Source of the DNA: Podarcis melisellensis | Taxonomy: Eukaryota | Assembly: GCA_964234715.1 (NCBI GenBank) | Contig: OZ174284.1 | Length of the DNA stretch: 64,000 bases | Strand: one strand, 5' to 3' | Shown: one piece after another, positions 35,580 to 57,947 of the stretch | How positions within the stretch are numbered: position 1 is the first letter of the stretch | How the letters are laid out: every line of letters begins with the position of its first letter | Position numbers and translations under genes: made by a program | The notes under the pieces: generated by a model | The model's database searches: none | The model's input: the letters and a program-made list of their open reading frames with translations, nothing else | Told to the model about the DNA's origin: nothing

Positions 35580-38500
35580 AATGGCAGGTGACCAGGAGCC
35601 CTTCAGTACACAAGCTGATGTGAAAAGGCTTCCCTAAAGGTAGAAAAGTTGAAAACCACAGCTTTAGAACCACATCCTCAAGAATCTGGATCCCTTTAAT
35701 GCAGTAGTGCACAGCACCATCAACAAACTAATCCAGTATGAATAGAGGAGGACTTGTAATGTATCCTCTGGTGTTTAAATGTGCATATTGATATATACAA
35801 ACAAGCTTCAGTAAAAAAAAAAATCAAGATGCAACACATTTTACTACTTTATTTACCCTGGTATGCTCCAAAGAATGTTCTTTACCTTATTTTATTGCGA
35901 AGTCGCTATAGCCATGATCCACATAGCAGTTAAGCCAGAGTGCTGGCAGTTAAAGCAGACAAGGCTAATGTAGCTTGAGTCCAGCTATAGAGGCTTAACT
36001 TATTTGTGCTGCAAGACCATTTTACAGAATACAAATACAGCCACTTGTTGGCTACCTACCAATGCAATCCTTGTGAAGCAACAAAACTCACCCAGTACAT
36101 GGTACAGTAGATTGAATAGGCTACAGTCACCTCTAATGTCACTCAGCTGACTTTCAGATGTATACAAAGTAGGCTGAATTGGCACAAAAACTATTTTTTT
36201 GTCGGAAGGAATTGATTTCACTGAAACTAACTGATGTTGTGCCTACATTCAGACTGTGATGACTGAACTATAGACACCAAATCTTGCTCACTGAAATCTT
36301 GAACCTTGGAGTAAGGCAAGTAAGATATGACCTCAGTGAATCCCTTTAAAAACATACACACACCAAAAAACGAAAGCATTAAGTGTCATTCCCACGCTCT
36401 CTTGATATAGGTGGTCTACTTCCATATACCAATCTAAATGTTGATTAGCAGATGGACCAGCTCTGCAATTTCCTAACATCATGTCAATAAGCCTGAACAT
36501 TGCAATTGCTATTGTTTTAAGCATTTCAATAACGTCCTCTCTCACAAAGCCACACAAAAACACACACATTGCTAGGTGTCCTGATTTGGTACGGATAATA
36601 CAGGGAAAATTCCAATCACATCATGAATCAAGATCTATCCCTTTCAAAAGAGGTATATAATTTGGATTTGTAAGGCATAAACAGGACCTTCCTATTAATT
36701 TCCATTTTCTTCTTTGCCCCAGTTTCCCCCCCCCCCCCATGAATTTTAATAGCCTATGGCCTGAACGTTGATGTTTGCAACCAGGCAAAACCTATGTTTG
36801 CATTTTTTACTGTCTCCATCAAGCCATGAGGAGGGTTCGTTCAATGACACGGGGCCCCTGAACAGGTCTAGGAGATGAAGCCAACTCAGGCCCAGGGATT
36901 TCAGCCAGGGCAGGCAAGGAGACAGAACCAATTAGGGGACCCCTATGGAATCTGACATATTTGGGAAAGCATAGTTGCTCCTTCTGAAAACAGCCACGGG
37001 AACAAGTCAATTAGAACAAAAAATTAACAAGTCCAGGAAACTATAGCAGAATGTTTTAGGGTAAGACAGGATGGGACAAATAACCTCTGTGTATGTACCT
37101 ACCCAGGCATTAGGGTAGATTTAACACAGGGCTTGTTTTCTGACAAGCACTTAGGGGTTATTATCCAAGTCAAAATCTACACATAAGACTTTCCAGAGTC
37201 TTCTACACCAGGCTTCTTCAACCTTGTTCCCTTCAGATGTTATGAATTATAAGTCCCATAAGGCTGCTGTAGAAAAATACCTATGCTGGATCCCAGGCAA
37301 GTTGCACTAACAACTCCATACCTTTCAATTTTTTCTCTAGACCAAGGATACAGAACATAGAAAATCATACCAGGTGAGTACAGTTTCCATGGGAAAGACC
37401 CATGAGTTCAGTCACAGCTGACATTGGGGGGGGGGGTGTCATTTAAACATTGTAGAGCAGTACTCATCTAACTTGTTCACTCCCACACAGTTCAGATAAT
37501 GTTTGAAGAGTCTTTAATTCCACAAAGAAGTGCTAAATCAAGATCCCCTGATCTTTCCAGGGCTCTTCGCACTCTACTTCTTGAAATTATAAGCAAAAGA
37601 GGTTGATGGGGAGTTCAATGGCTAATTGTGCAAAGTGGCCTCTAGTGTAACAGAGAGCAATGGGCTTTATGGCTCAGAAATTTGCGGGGTCCTAGAACAT
37701 GCCATACAATCTGGAAGACATATAAAACATTTTCATATTGAAACTTCTAATTCTAATTGAGAATTCATACAGACCTGTGAAAATTTAAAGAGATTATATG
37801 TGATGGTGATGCATTTTGTCTTACTATGAGCCCTATCCCTCTCCAAGTCAAGTCAGTAATAAGAAGATCTGTATGGGAGGCAGGATTCATCTTTTAATGA
37901 CTGTATAGTATCAGTTAAACCTGTCTCAATTATCTTCTTGTGCTACCAGCTTCTTGGCTTTAGATCAACCAAGTCACGTACAGTTGGCTCCCGGGAAAGA
38001 GCTAATGATTTTACGCTTGAAGAGCAAATCAGATTAGCTCGTTTTTGAGTAACACAATTAAAATGACAACTTGCTTGTCTCAAATGTTGCTGTGTGTCTA
38101 ATACAATGTGCAAAACAGATTTGCAAAATTACATTTGGCAAAAGTATGGATCCTAATCTCGTTGAGATGGTTTAAGAGAATGAGCAAGAGGAAGACTGGT
38201 GCTTAAAATATTCTAAGGTGTGCTCTTGGAAAATTACATGAGACATTCAGCATTTAATTGCATGATTGAACATATGTGATTCACTCCATGCCGCCTACTG
38301 AATATATTATGCTGAAAACAAAACCTTTTGTTTTGACAGTTAAAAAAAGCCAGTTCAATGCAAACGTCAAAATGGTAGCACATTAGCAAACCGACATTCA
38401 TATGATAGGCTGCTAGCATTGTGTACATGGCATTCTCTTTTTCTGCTTCCGAGGGATGAGTAAAATAAATTGCTGTCCTTGCATGTTTATTTCCTTAGTG

Positions 38501-41500
38501 CAGGAAACTTGTTCCATTACACTATTTGAAAAAACCAAAAACCCTTTTCTATTCATAATGCCCTCTTCCAAATAATTTGCCTCTACTTGATTGCCATCTG
38601 CACAGTGGACATTACTGCTCAATAACTTGCATGCCAAAATAGTAAACATATTTACCTGGAAGAAAGCTTTGCAGTTTCCCACATGCTACAAAGCAGTTCT
38701 TAGGATTAAAATCTAAGGATGTGATCTAAGTTGCCCTTGAGTAGTTGTTTTTTCTGTAACCAATAGCTAGTATGGAGGGCTTCAAATCAGGTCAGAACTA
38801 TGACATGGGGGAAAGGGGAGTTTTAACTATTTGCCACCACTTTGGGCTCAAATGAAATTGGCCCCCACTCTGCCTGGGCAGAAATCTTTCACTGGCGCTC
38901 ATACATTTAAAGTACATGGCTTCCCCCCAAAGAATGCTGGGAACAATAATAGTCCATTAAGGATGCTGGGAACTGTAGCTCTGTGAGGGATAAATGGCAG
39001 TTCCCAGGATTCTTTGAGGGAAGCCATGAGTGTTAAAATTGTATAAATGTGCTTTAAATCTATGACGTGCATGTGATATACCAATTCCTATTTAGAGTTT
39101 TGTATTAAATATTTGTGGATATTCAAGTGTTGCACAAAGAATAAATCTTTTGGGTATCATGGCTAATTAGTGCTTGTCATCAGGGCGAGCTAACTGTAAT
39201 TGAGAGGCAGTCTCCCTGGAACACATAACTTCCTGTAACAGCCATTGTTTGCCTATATTCACACAGACTATCTATGTCATAGAGGAAGAGATGACTAAGG
39301 CATGCAGTCCTATTATTCCTTTTAGTTTTGACACGGCTTGACTGATCCCTAACAGCAGGTGCTAACATTTTGTCGAATTTGGGAAATTCATCTTTCAGAT
39401 GCCAAAATGCATCAGCAGCATTCAAGAAACCCAAACTAATAGGAACTACACATTCTGCCTTTGCAGCTTCCAAGGTGGTTTGTGACAACATACCCACACT
39501 CATGATTTCACCATTCTTGGCAAAAACAATTGTATCTTTCCATAAACCACTTGGGTTTATCTCCTCCATAGACATTCCCCAATGTCCCCCACTCCTCTCC
39601 CAAATTTAAGCACAGAAGCTGGACCTAACCTCATGACAGATGAGAATCATCTTGGCTAAGGTGGGAATAAACTGTGAAACTAATTCGACCCATTAGAGCA
39701 AAAGGTGCAGAGAACAGGCAGCTTGAAACAACCATTTTTGAGTTTTGAGCTAATTAGGAAAGTTACAGAGAGATTTCAAAGGTGGGGGATCTGTTTGGAG
39801 TTTACTTACATTTGCTCTGGGTTGATACACATCTAAAGCTGTTTGTTCTGGGATCCCTGCCATATCTGCTCTATGAATCTGAAAACAAACTGATTATAGA
39901 ACAGTTCCCCAGTGCTTTTTCCTCCAAAAGTAACCAGGTCCCATGAAAAGCAGCACAGCTCTAGTCACCAGTCTATGCATCGTCTATGCACTTTTTAAAA
40001 AAGCGCGCACACACACAGGACATCAATTTTGGTGTGTGTTCACAGGTCGTATTTTGGGAGACAGAAGGAGCAAACAGCCACCATATGGCTAATGCAGAAT
40101 CTCCTTCTCAATTGCAAATCAGTTCATGAAGTTGCAAATCATGAAGTTCAGGATCACCCATTAACCATCACAGCTGAGCAACCTGTGGCATGAGTAGCAG
40201 GGAAGTGTGGCACTCCTGGAAAGCTCACAGCAAAAAGCCGTATCTACAGTTGTGCTTGCTTCTCCAACACTTTTCATCTCATCAGGCCCAGAAGCAAAAC
40301 CACACTGAGTCATAAGTGGGATGAAGGTGAAACAGCTGCATTCATTTGGGATGTGGCACCCTCTCAGTTTTAGATTGGATTTGGTGGCATACTCATCAAA
40401 AAAGATTGGTCACAACTGCACAATACACATGGAACTACTATTGCAATGCAAGTGATGGCCCTGCAGAGATGCCTAGCAGCATTTTGCCAGACCAAGATAG
40501 GACCACATGCACATGTACTGTGCTTCTTCTGAATGGCCAAGGGGTTGCTTGTTGGGGTGGAGTTTAAGGCGCCCACCTATCAAACACTGCCCCAAATAGG
40601 CACAAGTCACACTAGCTAGTGAGGTAGGTTCAGGGAACTGAGGCAAAGAGATCGCGCCTTGTGCAAGGGAACAGCATGCCTCCACGACAGAAGACAGAAC
40701 TTCTGACCAGATCTTCCAGATTCAAATCCAACTCTTTTATCTATCAGGTGGCTAGCTCAAGGAAACCGCATGACCTCATGGCAGAAACGGAACTTTAGAA
40801 GTGGCTGTCTCTAGCAGGCAGCAGATCAAATGATGCACTTGCCAGTCACAATTTCATCTAGTGCGTTAATCATCACAATGTTGTTGTGGCTGCCGTCATT
40901 TCTATACCCTGCTTCCTCCCATAGGAGCCCATGGGAACTTACAGCATGTGCCCCCAGTCCCTGGGCTGATCCCAGGCTACTTTGTGATGGCTAGAAGGCC
41001 TTACAGAGATCTCAAGAGGTGCACAACCTTTTCTCATTGCTTGCGGTCAAGAAGCAGATTCTGATCACCTCTAATTTGCCACTGATTTGCTAGCAAAGAC
41101 AGAACTGGAGTGAAGAATAATATTTAAAACATGAGCACAGTCAATTGGCTTGGCCTTCTTCAAAGACAGGGATAGGGTACCTGTTATTGGTCTCCAACTC
41201 CCATCAACCTCAGCTGCAGTTCAAAACCATATGGAGGGCTACAGGTTCTCCATCACGACCACTAGCACTATTATTAAAATATATCAGTTGCTTTATCTTG
41301 CCCAAGGCAATCCAAAGTGACTTACAACTGTTCTAGGACTCAGGAGCTTTTAAATCTCTGTCTCTGCCATTGTGTAAATGAACCTGAATGAAAGCCAGGA
41401 AGGGTTATATCCCCCCCCCCATTTTACTTATATGCCTGTATTTATCTATTAGATCCCATGTATGTGTATGCGGACAAACACACAAATGGATACATAATAA

Positions 41501-43866
41501 AGAATACCCCGTATCTTTGTCAGAGAACACCCCTGAGTTAATAGAACTATACACCCATTCATCAGAACCTTGGAACAGGGTATTCCAGAGAGCAACGTAG
41601 TCGAACAGGTCTTTTTTGTACAACAGAAGTTTCTCAGAATTCTAGATAGTTCACCAGACAACATAGAACCCAACAGAATACAAATAATCCTCAACTCCAC
41701 AGATTATACCAGTGATCTAGCTCTACCTCTACCCTTCAGGTGATATTGGACTACAACTGCCATAGACCCTGACCATTGGCCATGCTGGCTGGGAGTAATT
41801 GGAGTTGGAGTCCAAGAATATCCAGAGGCCACTAGGTTGGGAAAGGCTTCCAGAGAACCATTCATAGTACTGCTCTGTGCATTTTCATGAAAGAGAATTT
41901 CACCACAGCACTGTGAAATCCCTAACTGAACCCCCTATAGGCCAATGGAACAATGGAGACGGAATTCAGCCGATCACACTGTCAAAGCATCTTTGCTCTA
42001 TAGAACTCCCTGGAAAGTGAACTTCATAGCTCCTTTGTGTCCTTTAAAAAAAGGGCATTTTGAGATGAAAACCTAATTTGGAATACAGCCACAAGAAGGA
42101 GTTTAATATCCCACAGCACAACACAGAAGTTAAAGGCAGGAAATAAATACATTCTCTGTGGAATTTTGCTGAGCACGGTGTAACTACTTCAGTGATAATC
42201 TGGCAAGTGCTTTAGTTTGACAGCTTTAACCTATTCCAGTTAAAAAGAGAGGGGGGAGGGGAGAGAGCAGAAACAGAGGTACTTTAATGGTGTAAAGTCT
42301 TTGAAAGGTGTTGCCTTCAGCAACTGGCATGCCAAGACCTGATGCTGTTGCAAAGGTGGGTGGGTGAGTGGCGGGTGGGGTGGGGGGGTCGGGACGCCAC
42401 CTTCAAAGTTACCCACACTGAACCTGAAGAATGCCTGTGTTCTCTGGCAGTTGGCTAGCCTCAGGTTTCTGACAAAACAAACTGGGTTATGAGATCCTTT
42501 TGCCTTTACATAATGGTTTCATTGTGGAGGAAACTTAATGGGGCTCCTATACTGCAACGCTTAATGGCACTATTGAGAAAGAGAACAGCTGCAGTTCACA
42601 GACTGTTTACTTTGAAGTGGCACAAATGTTAAGTGGCTTGTGGCCTGTGGGCAGCCGAAACACAAGACGGGAATATTTGGCCAAGGGTTTATGTGTGTGC
42701 AGGGTGCGGGGTGGAGAGTGTTTTAACAGTTGAACGGAAAGTAAAAAAAAGAAAGGATTCATTTAAGGAACCCAGAATAATAAATGGCCGGATATTTAAT
42801 TTATCCCCCAAAGAAGGGTTGCAGGATGAATAAACATTGCCATGACTCAAAATTTGGATTTGATTTTAGTAGCTTGAAAGCTCAAGGCAGGGATAGGGAA
42901 CCTGTGACCTTCAGATGTGACTGGATTAGAGTTTTCACCATCCCTGGTTATTGGCTGGCTGGGGCTGATGGGAATCCATCAACTCTGGGGGGCCACAAAC
43001 TCTCCATTTCTGGCTTCAGGCCAACACAGAGGGGCAAACATGGGGTTGCCATTGAGTGCAATTAGCAGATAACTTGGCATATGACTGCAGTTCTAGACCC
43101 ACTTACCTGAGAGTGAGTCCCAGTTGACTCAATGGGGCTTCCTTTTGGATAGACATGTATAGGATTGCATCGTATATAATTTGTGTTTGTTGCGTTCACA
43201 CTTCATATTTCTACATGTAAATTTAAAATATATTGGGCATGCTCCTAAAAATATAACATTATATACTGGACTTTAGCTTTAGGATTTTCATTACTAGGTG
43301 TACTTTGGCGCTCCAATCATTTCCAAACCCAGACATTTTCAGGCTCAAATGTGACTTTAAAAAAGAAATCAAAATAAAATGATAGAGTCATGTTCCTCTT
43401 TTACTCCCCAGCATGTGTATACTTCTACACACACATTATTTCTTAGAAGACTGAAGAATTCTTCTGCACATGCTTCAGAAAAGTGCTAAGGAGAATGTAG
43501 CTGATGTTCCCACAGACCTTTCAATAGGAATGTATCAGTACTAAAGGAAGAAAGGTGACAATGCAAGCCTATATGTGCCCACTCAGAAGTAAGTCCCACT
43601 GAATTCAATGGGGCTTACTGGATAAAAGATTGTGGCCTGAATGAAGACAATCAAATTTGATCAGAAAAGTACATTCAGACAAATTCACATCAGCCTACAC
43701 AATGGAACTATTTAAACTCTGTTAAAGCCGAATTTTCATTTCATGTTGATGTCCATATGCAACACTTTCTACTTCTCTAACAGAGAAAAACAGGCACAAG
43801 GTTGGGCCTTGGCAGCCTGAGGAGGGAAGTGCTCTACGTCCCTATTCCATTTCCTCCATCTATGGC

Positions 43867-44003
43867 CAGGGATGGTGAACCTATGGCCCTCCACATGTTG
43901 CTGGACTCCAATTGCCATCAACCTCAATGAGGATGCCAATGGACAGGGATGACTGGAGCTACAGTTCAACAATATCTGGAGGGCCAGAGATCCCCTATCC
44001 CTG
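43867..44003. mobile_element. Short palindromic hAT-type MITE
   Basis: CAGGGAT...GGCCCTCCA / TGGAGGGCC...ATCCCTG arms. Confidence 0.7.
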
Positions 44004-45861
44004 GATTAGTTATTGGAATCAGAATGAGAGCAAATTATTCTGTAACAGGCACTGCGGACAAATGGGAAACCGCTAAACCCCCATAAATAACAGCTAAGTG
44101 ACTTATTCAGGGACTATGGTAATATTTGATGTAAAGATCTCCCGACTACCAATCTCCCTTTTTACCTTAGAAACTCTTGATCTATTTCACATCTTTAAGA
44201 ACAAAGGCAGATGTAACATCTGAAGAGGAGTCACAGCAGGTTCTGTGTCCTTGCTTATGAAGTTGTACAAAAAGAATGTCCTTGTTATTTGCTTGTCAGT
44301 TTTCCCCTCCCTTGTTTCCATGCAGACTTCCTGCCTTTTTATTCTTTAAGCTGTCTGTCACACATGTAACTTTATTGGCACACATATACATTTCTCCATC
44401 AGCATGTTAAAAAGAAAGTTACAGGATTGTGGTTGTATTTTGGTGACTTCATTGGAACTAGCCAATTCATTGCCATAGCTGTTTCCCCTTGACCCCGGAA
44501 AGAACAAAACAAAGCAGCATTGAACACAGTGAGGGTCCTTCCAAACCTGCCTTCACTGCTCTATAAATATTACACCTGTCTTTGAAAAAAATGTTTCAAG
44601 GTCACCATGGTCACCTTTTCAAAAAATTGTCCAGTGCAGTTAGCATTCTGTATCCAGCCCTCATCCTCCTTCTCTTGCTTCAGATTTTATTCCTTTCGAA
44701 TAAGTATTTTTTTTTTGTTTTCAGTACAAACACATGGCCGCCTATGATCCTGTTTCAGTTTTTCAAGTCTATGGGTAATAAACTTCACCATACGGCTTTG
44801 CCTAACACAGTATAATCCTTAGGCAAGTGATCATTTTCCTATTGGAAAACATATGGAAATTAGCTCTTATAAAAGGATATAGAAAAGTTCTGAAATACAG
44901 AACAAGTTGTGTGATTCCACCCCCTCCCCTGGAAGGCCCTGTTTTAGGCTCTTGAGAGAAAATATCACCCTTTAAGAGTCATACCTAAGGATAGTTCTCT
45001 ACCTAACCATTTTAAAATAATTTACAGAAAAGGAAGAAGATGAGAGCTGTTTTATTGTGGAGCTGGCTGCAGAGGCCTAAAGGAAATTTTAGGAAAAACT
45101 GGGGAGAGTGAAAAATTACCAACTTATTAGTGAAAAGAGTCATTTTTAGGTTTTTGGAGGTGAGTTAGGCAGCAATCCTATACCCACCTACCTGGGAGTA
45201 AGCCCCAATGAAATCAGGGGGACTTACTTTGGAACAGGCAGGTATAGGATCACACTGCAGAAGAGCTAAATGGAAGCTGATGAAATGGTAACATTTACGA
45301 ACTGTGTAATTAAGATATATTGAAAAGGTGCAGGTGCAGGCTTTCTTAGCTATGTATCTCTATCATAGGGTAAAGGTTGCACCCACTGAATTTATACTTC
45401 CTACACTGCTCTTAAAGGCATAAGGGTCTGTTGGAAATATTAACTGTGAGTCAGAAATTCAGAGAAATATTTAGATATTGGATATAAAACTTGGTTATAA
45501 ACATTAAGATGCAGCAAACAGCCCACCTGGATACATATGATAAAGAAAAGTTTCAAGAATCCCAACAGTTGATCTTTCAGACAAAGAATGTTTCATATCG
45601 TTGTGCTAGATTTGATTTCTTTTTTACCCCTCCTCTGTATCGGTGTTTTATTTTCTACTTTTACATTTATTTTTGTTTGCCATATCCATCATTTTTATTC
45701 TGTACATGTTTATGCCAATAAACCTTTAATTATTTAAATTTTTTAAAATAAAAAAAGTGTATAACAATCCCCAGCTAGGATTATATGGCTTATTTGGGGG
45801 TGGGGAGATGACTGGATTGCTTACTCATTTCTTGATATTTATGTAATTGAGCAAATAGAAA

Positions 45862-46104
45862 AATGAGTCACATTCATGGAGGATAAGCCTGTCAAAGTCT
45901 ACAAACTGGGGCAGCTAAATGGGTGTGCGCTTTCAGAAACAGTGCACCTCTAAATACCAGGTGCCAGGGGTATACAACGCGGTAGGACGGCTGCCTTCAT
46001 GGATCACTTTTAGGCTTCCTGGCAGCATCTGGCTGGACACTGTGGGAATCAGGAGGCTGGACTAGACGGATCACGGGTCTGATCCAGCAAGGCTTGTGTT
46101 CTGG
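45862..46104 (+). mobile_element. CR1 LINE 3' end fragment
   Basis: ATTCATGGAGGATAAGCC (FMEDK, end of ORF2) through GGACTAGACGG...GGTCTGATCCAGCAAGGC. Confidence 0.65.
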
Positions 46105-47223
46105 TTTCAGCTAAATCACAGCCTCACTCTCACATGATGCCCTCTGGGGATCGCACTGTAATACTTCACCGACTCAGAATCATATACTGTATCCTTGAGA
46201 CCCTTTCTCGAATGCTATAAGGGATGGAATCTATGGAGGGATTTTAGATTTAGAGGGAGAAGTGAGGAAGGAGGGAGTGAGGAGAGGAGGGGAGGTTACC
46301 TAAATTAGTTCCATGACACTAATCCAAGATGCATTGACAGTGATATACCTGTAAAGCTCAGACATTTGAGGGACATGGCAGACCTGCTTCAATCTTCTTT
46401 TTGAAGAACACAGCAAAAACATCTGGAAGGATAACCAAAAGTAGAAGGCGTTGCTGTAGCAAGGAAGCGATCACTTCTTGTCATCATTTCCATTTGCAAC
46501 CCCAACATTGGCTTGGAATCCTAAGAAAGGAAATTCCACACAAGGAAGGTTTCCCATTCACCTTTACAGCCAGCTTACCTACAGCCCCAGCCCACTTAAC
46601 TATTACTGAGGTCCCGGTGTTAACTTCTTACTTCTGTCAGGTTTTCCATATTTAACCGTTTACTTCTGTTAGCTCAACAGAATAAAATTGAAATACCTAG
46701 AAAATTAATTTTCAGTTATTTTTAAATGGCATTTTAATCAAAATATTTTTATATACATTCACACCATTGAACAGACTACAGCAAACTTTAGAACACCTCA
46801 GTTTTTTTATATAGTCATAAGTTTGTTTGGCTTGTCTCTTGGCTGAGGTGCTTAACGTGTAGGTTGGACTTGCAAGGGGCCCCAATTTGACCACCGCTTC
46901 ATATCTCCTGCTGGGGGCCTTCTGTCTTTTTGAGCTAGATTTCCACTCCTGCCTGCAGCCCTCTGCAAAGGAGGAGACCTCCTGAATAATGTAGGATGGG
47001 GTACAGGCAGTTGGGAGGGAATAACTTTCTTCTGTTATCTTAAGATCCAAACCGTTGTGCTATATAGTTTCTAAATTAATAGCCAAGACTACAACTTGGG
47101 TTGTAGCCCAATGCTAGTCCTACTCAGAGCAGACTCAATGAACTCAAAAGCTATGGGAAAAACTTAGTTGAATATAATCCTCTATTCCCCCACCCAGTTC
47201 AGCTACAAAAGTATGCCTTAGGT

Positions 47224-47360
47224 CAGGGGTAGCCAATGTGGTGCCATCCAGATGTCAGCAGACTTCAAATTCCATCATCCTTGACCATTGGCCATGCTGA
47301 CTAGGGCTGATGGGAGTTGTAGTCCACTGATGTATGGAGGCCGCCAGGTTGGCTGCCCCT
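47224..47360. mobile_element. Short palindromic hAT-type MITE
   Basis: CAGGGGTAGCCAA / TTGGCTGCCCCT ends and a GATGGGAGTTGTAGTCC arm. Confidence 0.7.
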
Positions 47361-49627
47361 TATATTAGAGCTGAACTGGTCTGTGAGTAGCAATAGCCTC
47401 TGGTTGTTTTCACAAGTAGTTAATGCTGAATGATGGCCTACAAGAAGCCACAGTTTGACCGTGGCCTTGCATCACATACCATAAAGCATAAAATTGCTTT
47501 TGGCATTTGAAAACTGCACAACCAGTTGCATTGAATAGAACATGCATTCAATTTAAAAAAACAACAACCAACAACCCCTGCTTCCTATCCCCATATTAAC
47601 AACATTCACAAATGATGACTCTTGGTATTGCTTGTGAAAAACATCCTTCAAGAGTCTTTTCCCTGCTGCATTGATCCCCAACACTCACTATTTGGCAGCT
47701 CAGCAGTTAACACCCAGGAGGCCCTTCAAATGTCATAAAAGGGTTACAGCAACCCATCCCTTGTGTACGGCTGTTTGCGGTGACCAAGGAAGCACGGCAA
47801 GGAAGCACCCAAGGGAACAGTAATCACACTGGTCAGGTTATTGTCCCTGTCAGCACTGCAGTGCAAAATTCACAGTAAGCCAAGTTGCCCATTACAGACA
47901 ATGGGTCCGGGGTGAGCATTACTCCATTATTCAATTGCCATGCTGTGCCTCTGTAACATTACCGGTAGTTTAGGCAATTTTGCAGTGTTGCTGCAGGAAT
48001 GGTATAAAACAAAAAAGGAGGATTTGACATTTAGAGCCACAGAACAGCCCCTTGTTTTCTTGTTGTCCAATATAAAAAAAAACTGGATTCCTGAACATTT
48101 TAAAAAAATCTGTCAAAGTGAATTAGCACCTTATTTAAAAGACCTAGGATTTACTTTGAACTGGCATTATGAAAATTTCCAGACATAATTTTCCCAGGGG
48201 CACAACAGGGTGGGGCGAGGCAGGGCAAGGCAAGCAAATTGACACAACTTCATCAAGGAAAAGGTAGCTTGATAAACATTCTGATGGAAATGATCTTTTA
48301 CTGTAGTCCCTGCAAACTAAATGGTCAGGAATCTGTGTGGCACTTAATAGGTTCGTCTTGCTAAAAATATGCTGCTAAACAACTTGAGGCCTGCTACAGG
48401 CTTCCATGAGCACATAACCTACACATTCTCATTATACGGCAAGAAATCAGTCTATAGTACATATTTAATATATAATTAAAATAAATCATCTTCTTCATAA
48501 CCTCTTCCCAGTAGCAAAATACCAACATTTCCCATGAATTGTTGACCCATTATTGACCTCTCTCATATAATAACTACAAATCATCTTCTCTAAAATTATT
48601 CTCCATGGGAATTGTGAACCCCCAGAAAACGAAACTCTGAAATATATTTCACAAATGGAGTTTGACAAAGAACTAACATTGCATTGTTTTCTTTTTCTTG
48701 GCAAAATTAAGCACAAACGTAACATTTCACAGGTACCGTTACCATGCAAATGCATGTTAAAATTTCATTGCTGTTTTAAACCCCAAACCACAGTTAGCAT
48801 GCAATTTTCCCCACCCCAACTACTGAGTCCTTGGTAATGCACCTCTTTGGTGTAACCGTGAGCCATTGGGGCAAGATTATCCCACTTTTAAAAGTAAAGT
48901 GTATGAGCAGAACCTTTTCAGATGTATGTTCACACAGTGTACATCTTACCATAAAAAAAACAAAAATTAGAAAAAAATGAACCCCAAACTTAATATGTAA
49001 CATACATTCTCAAATATGTTGAAAACAAAATTTGGAGCTTAAGAAAATAAAGTGGGGGGGGGGAACCCTAAGAGGCCACCCCATTTTTTAATGAACATTT
49101 TTAAAAAAGTTCCCACCACTAAAAATTCGCCATACTACCAGATCTTATGTTTCTCAAATGCGCAATACAATGGACTATGGGGCAGGGAGAGTGCAGGTCT
49201 CAAAAAGAAGAAGAAGAAGAAGTATGACACTGTGTTACAAAAACAACCTGATGTGTTGGTTTTGTCAAATAATTGTTTCGTGGCATTCTTGGTCTAGGAC
49301 GGGCTTCTGCTACGTACGGGTGCATGGCCCAGCTTCAGTTGGCATCAGCTGCACGACAGCACTTCCGCGTTCAGAATCTGAACAGCAATTCACAGAACAG
49401 CAATACATCCTTGTAGTTCCAAAAATGCATAGGAGTCACATGTACCATAACTTTTTGCCCAAAGGAAGTTTCAAGCAAGTGACAGCACCTCTGGCCCACA
49501 ACCGCAATGTAATACTCCCACAGGAAAAAATAGCGTTGTATATTCTCTTAAGAAACTGCACCAGCAACGTTTTCATTTGTGGTGCTTCCCCTCCCCCCCG
49601 TCAGAAACATCAGGCTCTTCCTGAACT

Positions 49628-57947
<8,320 letters not shown>

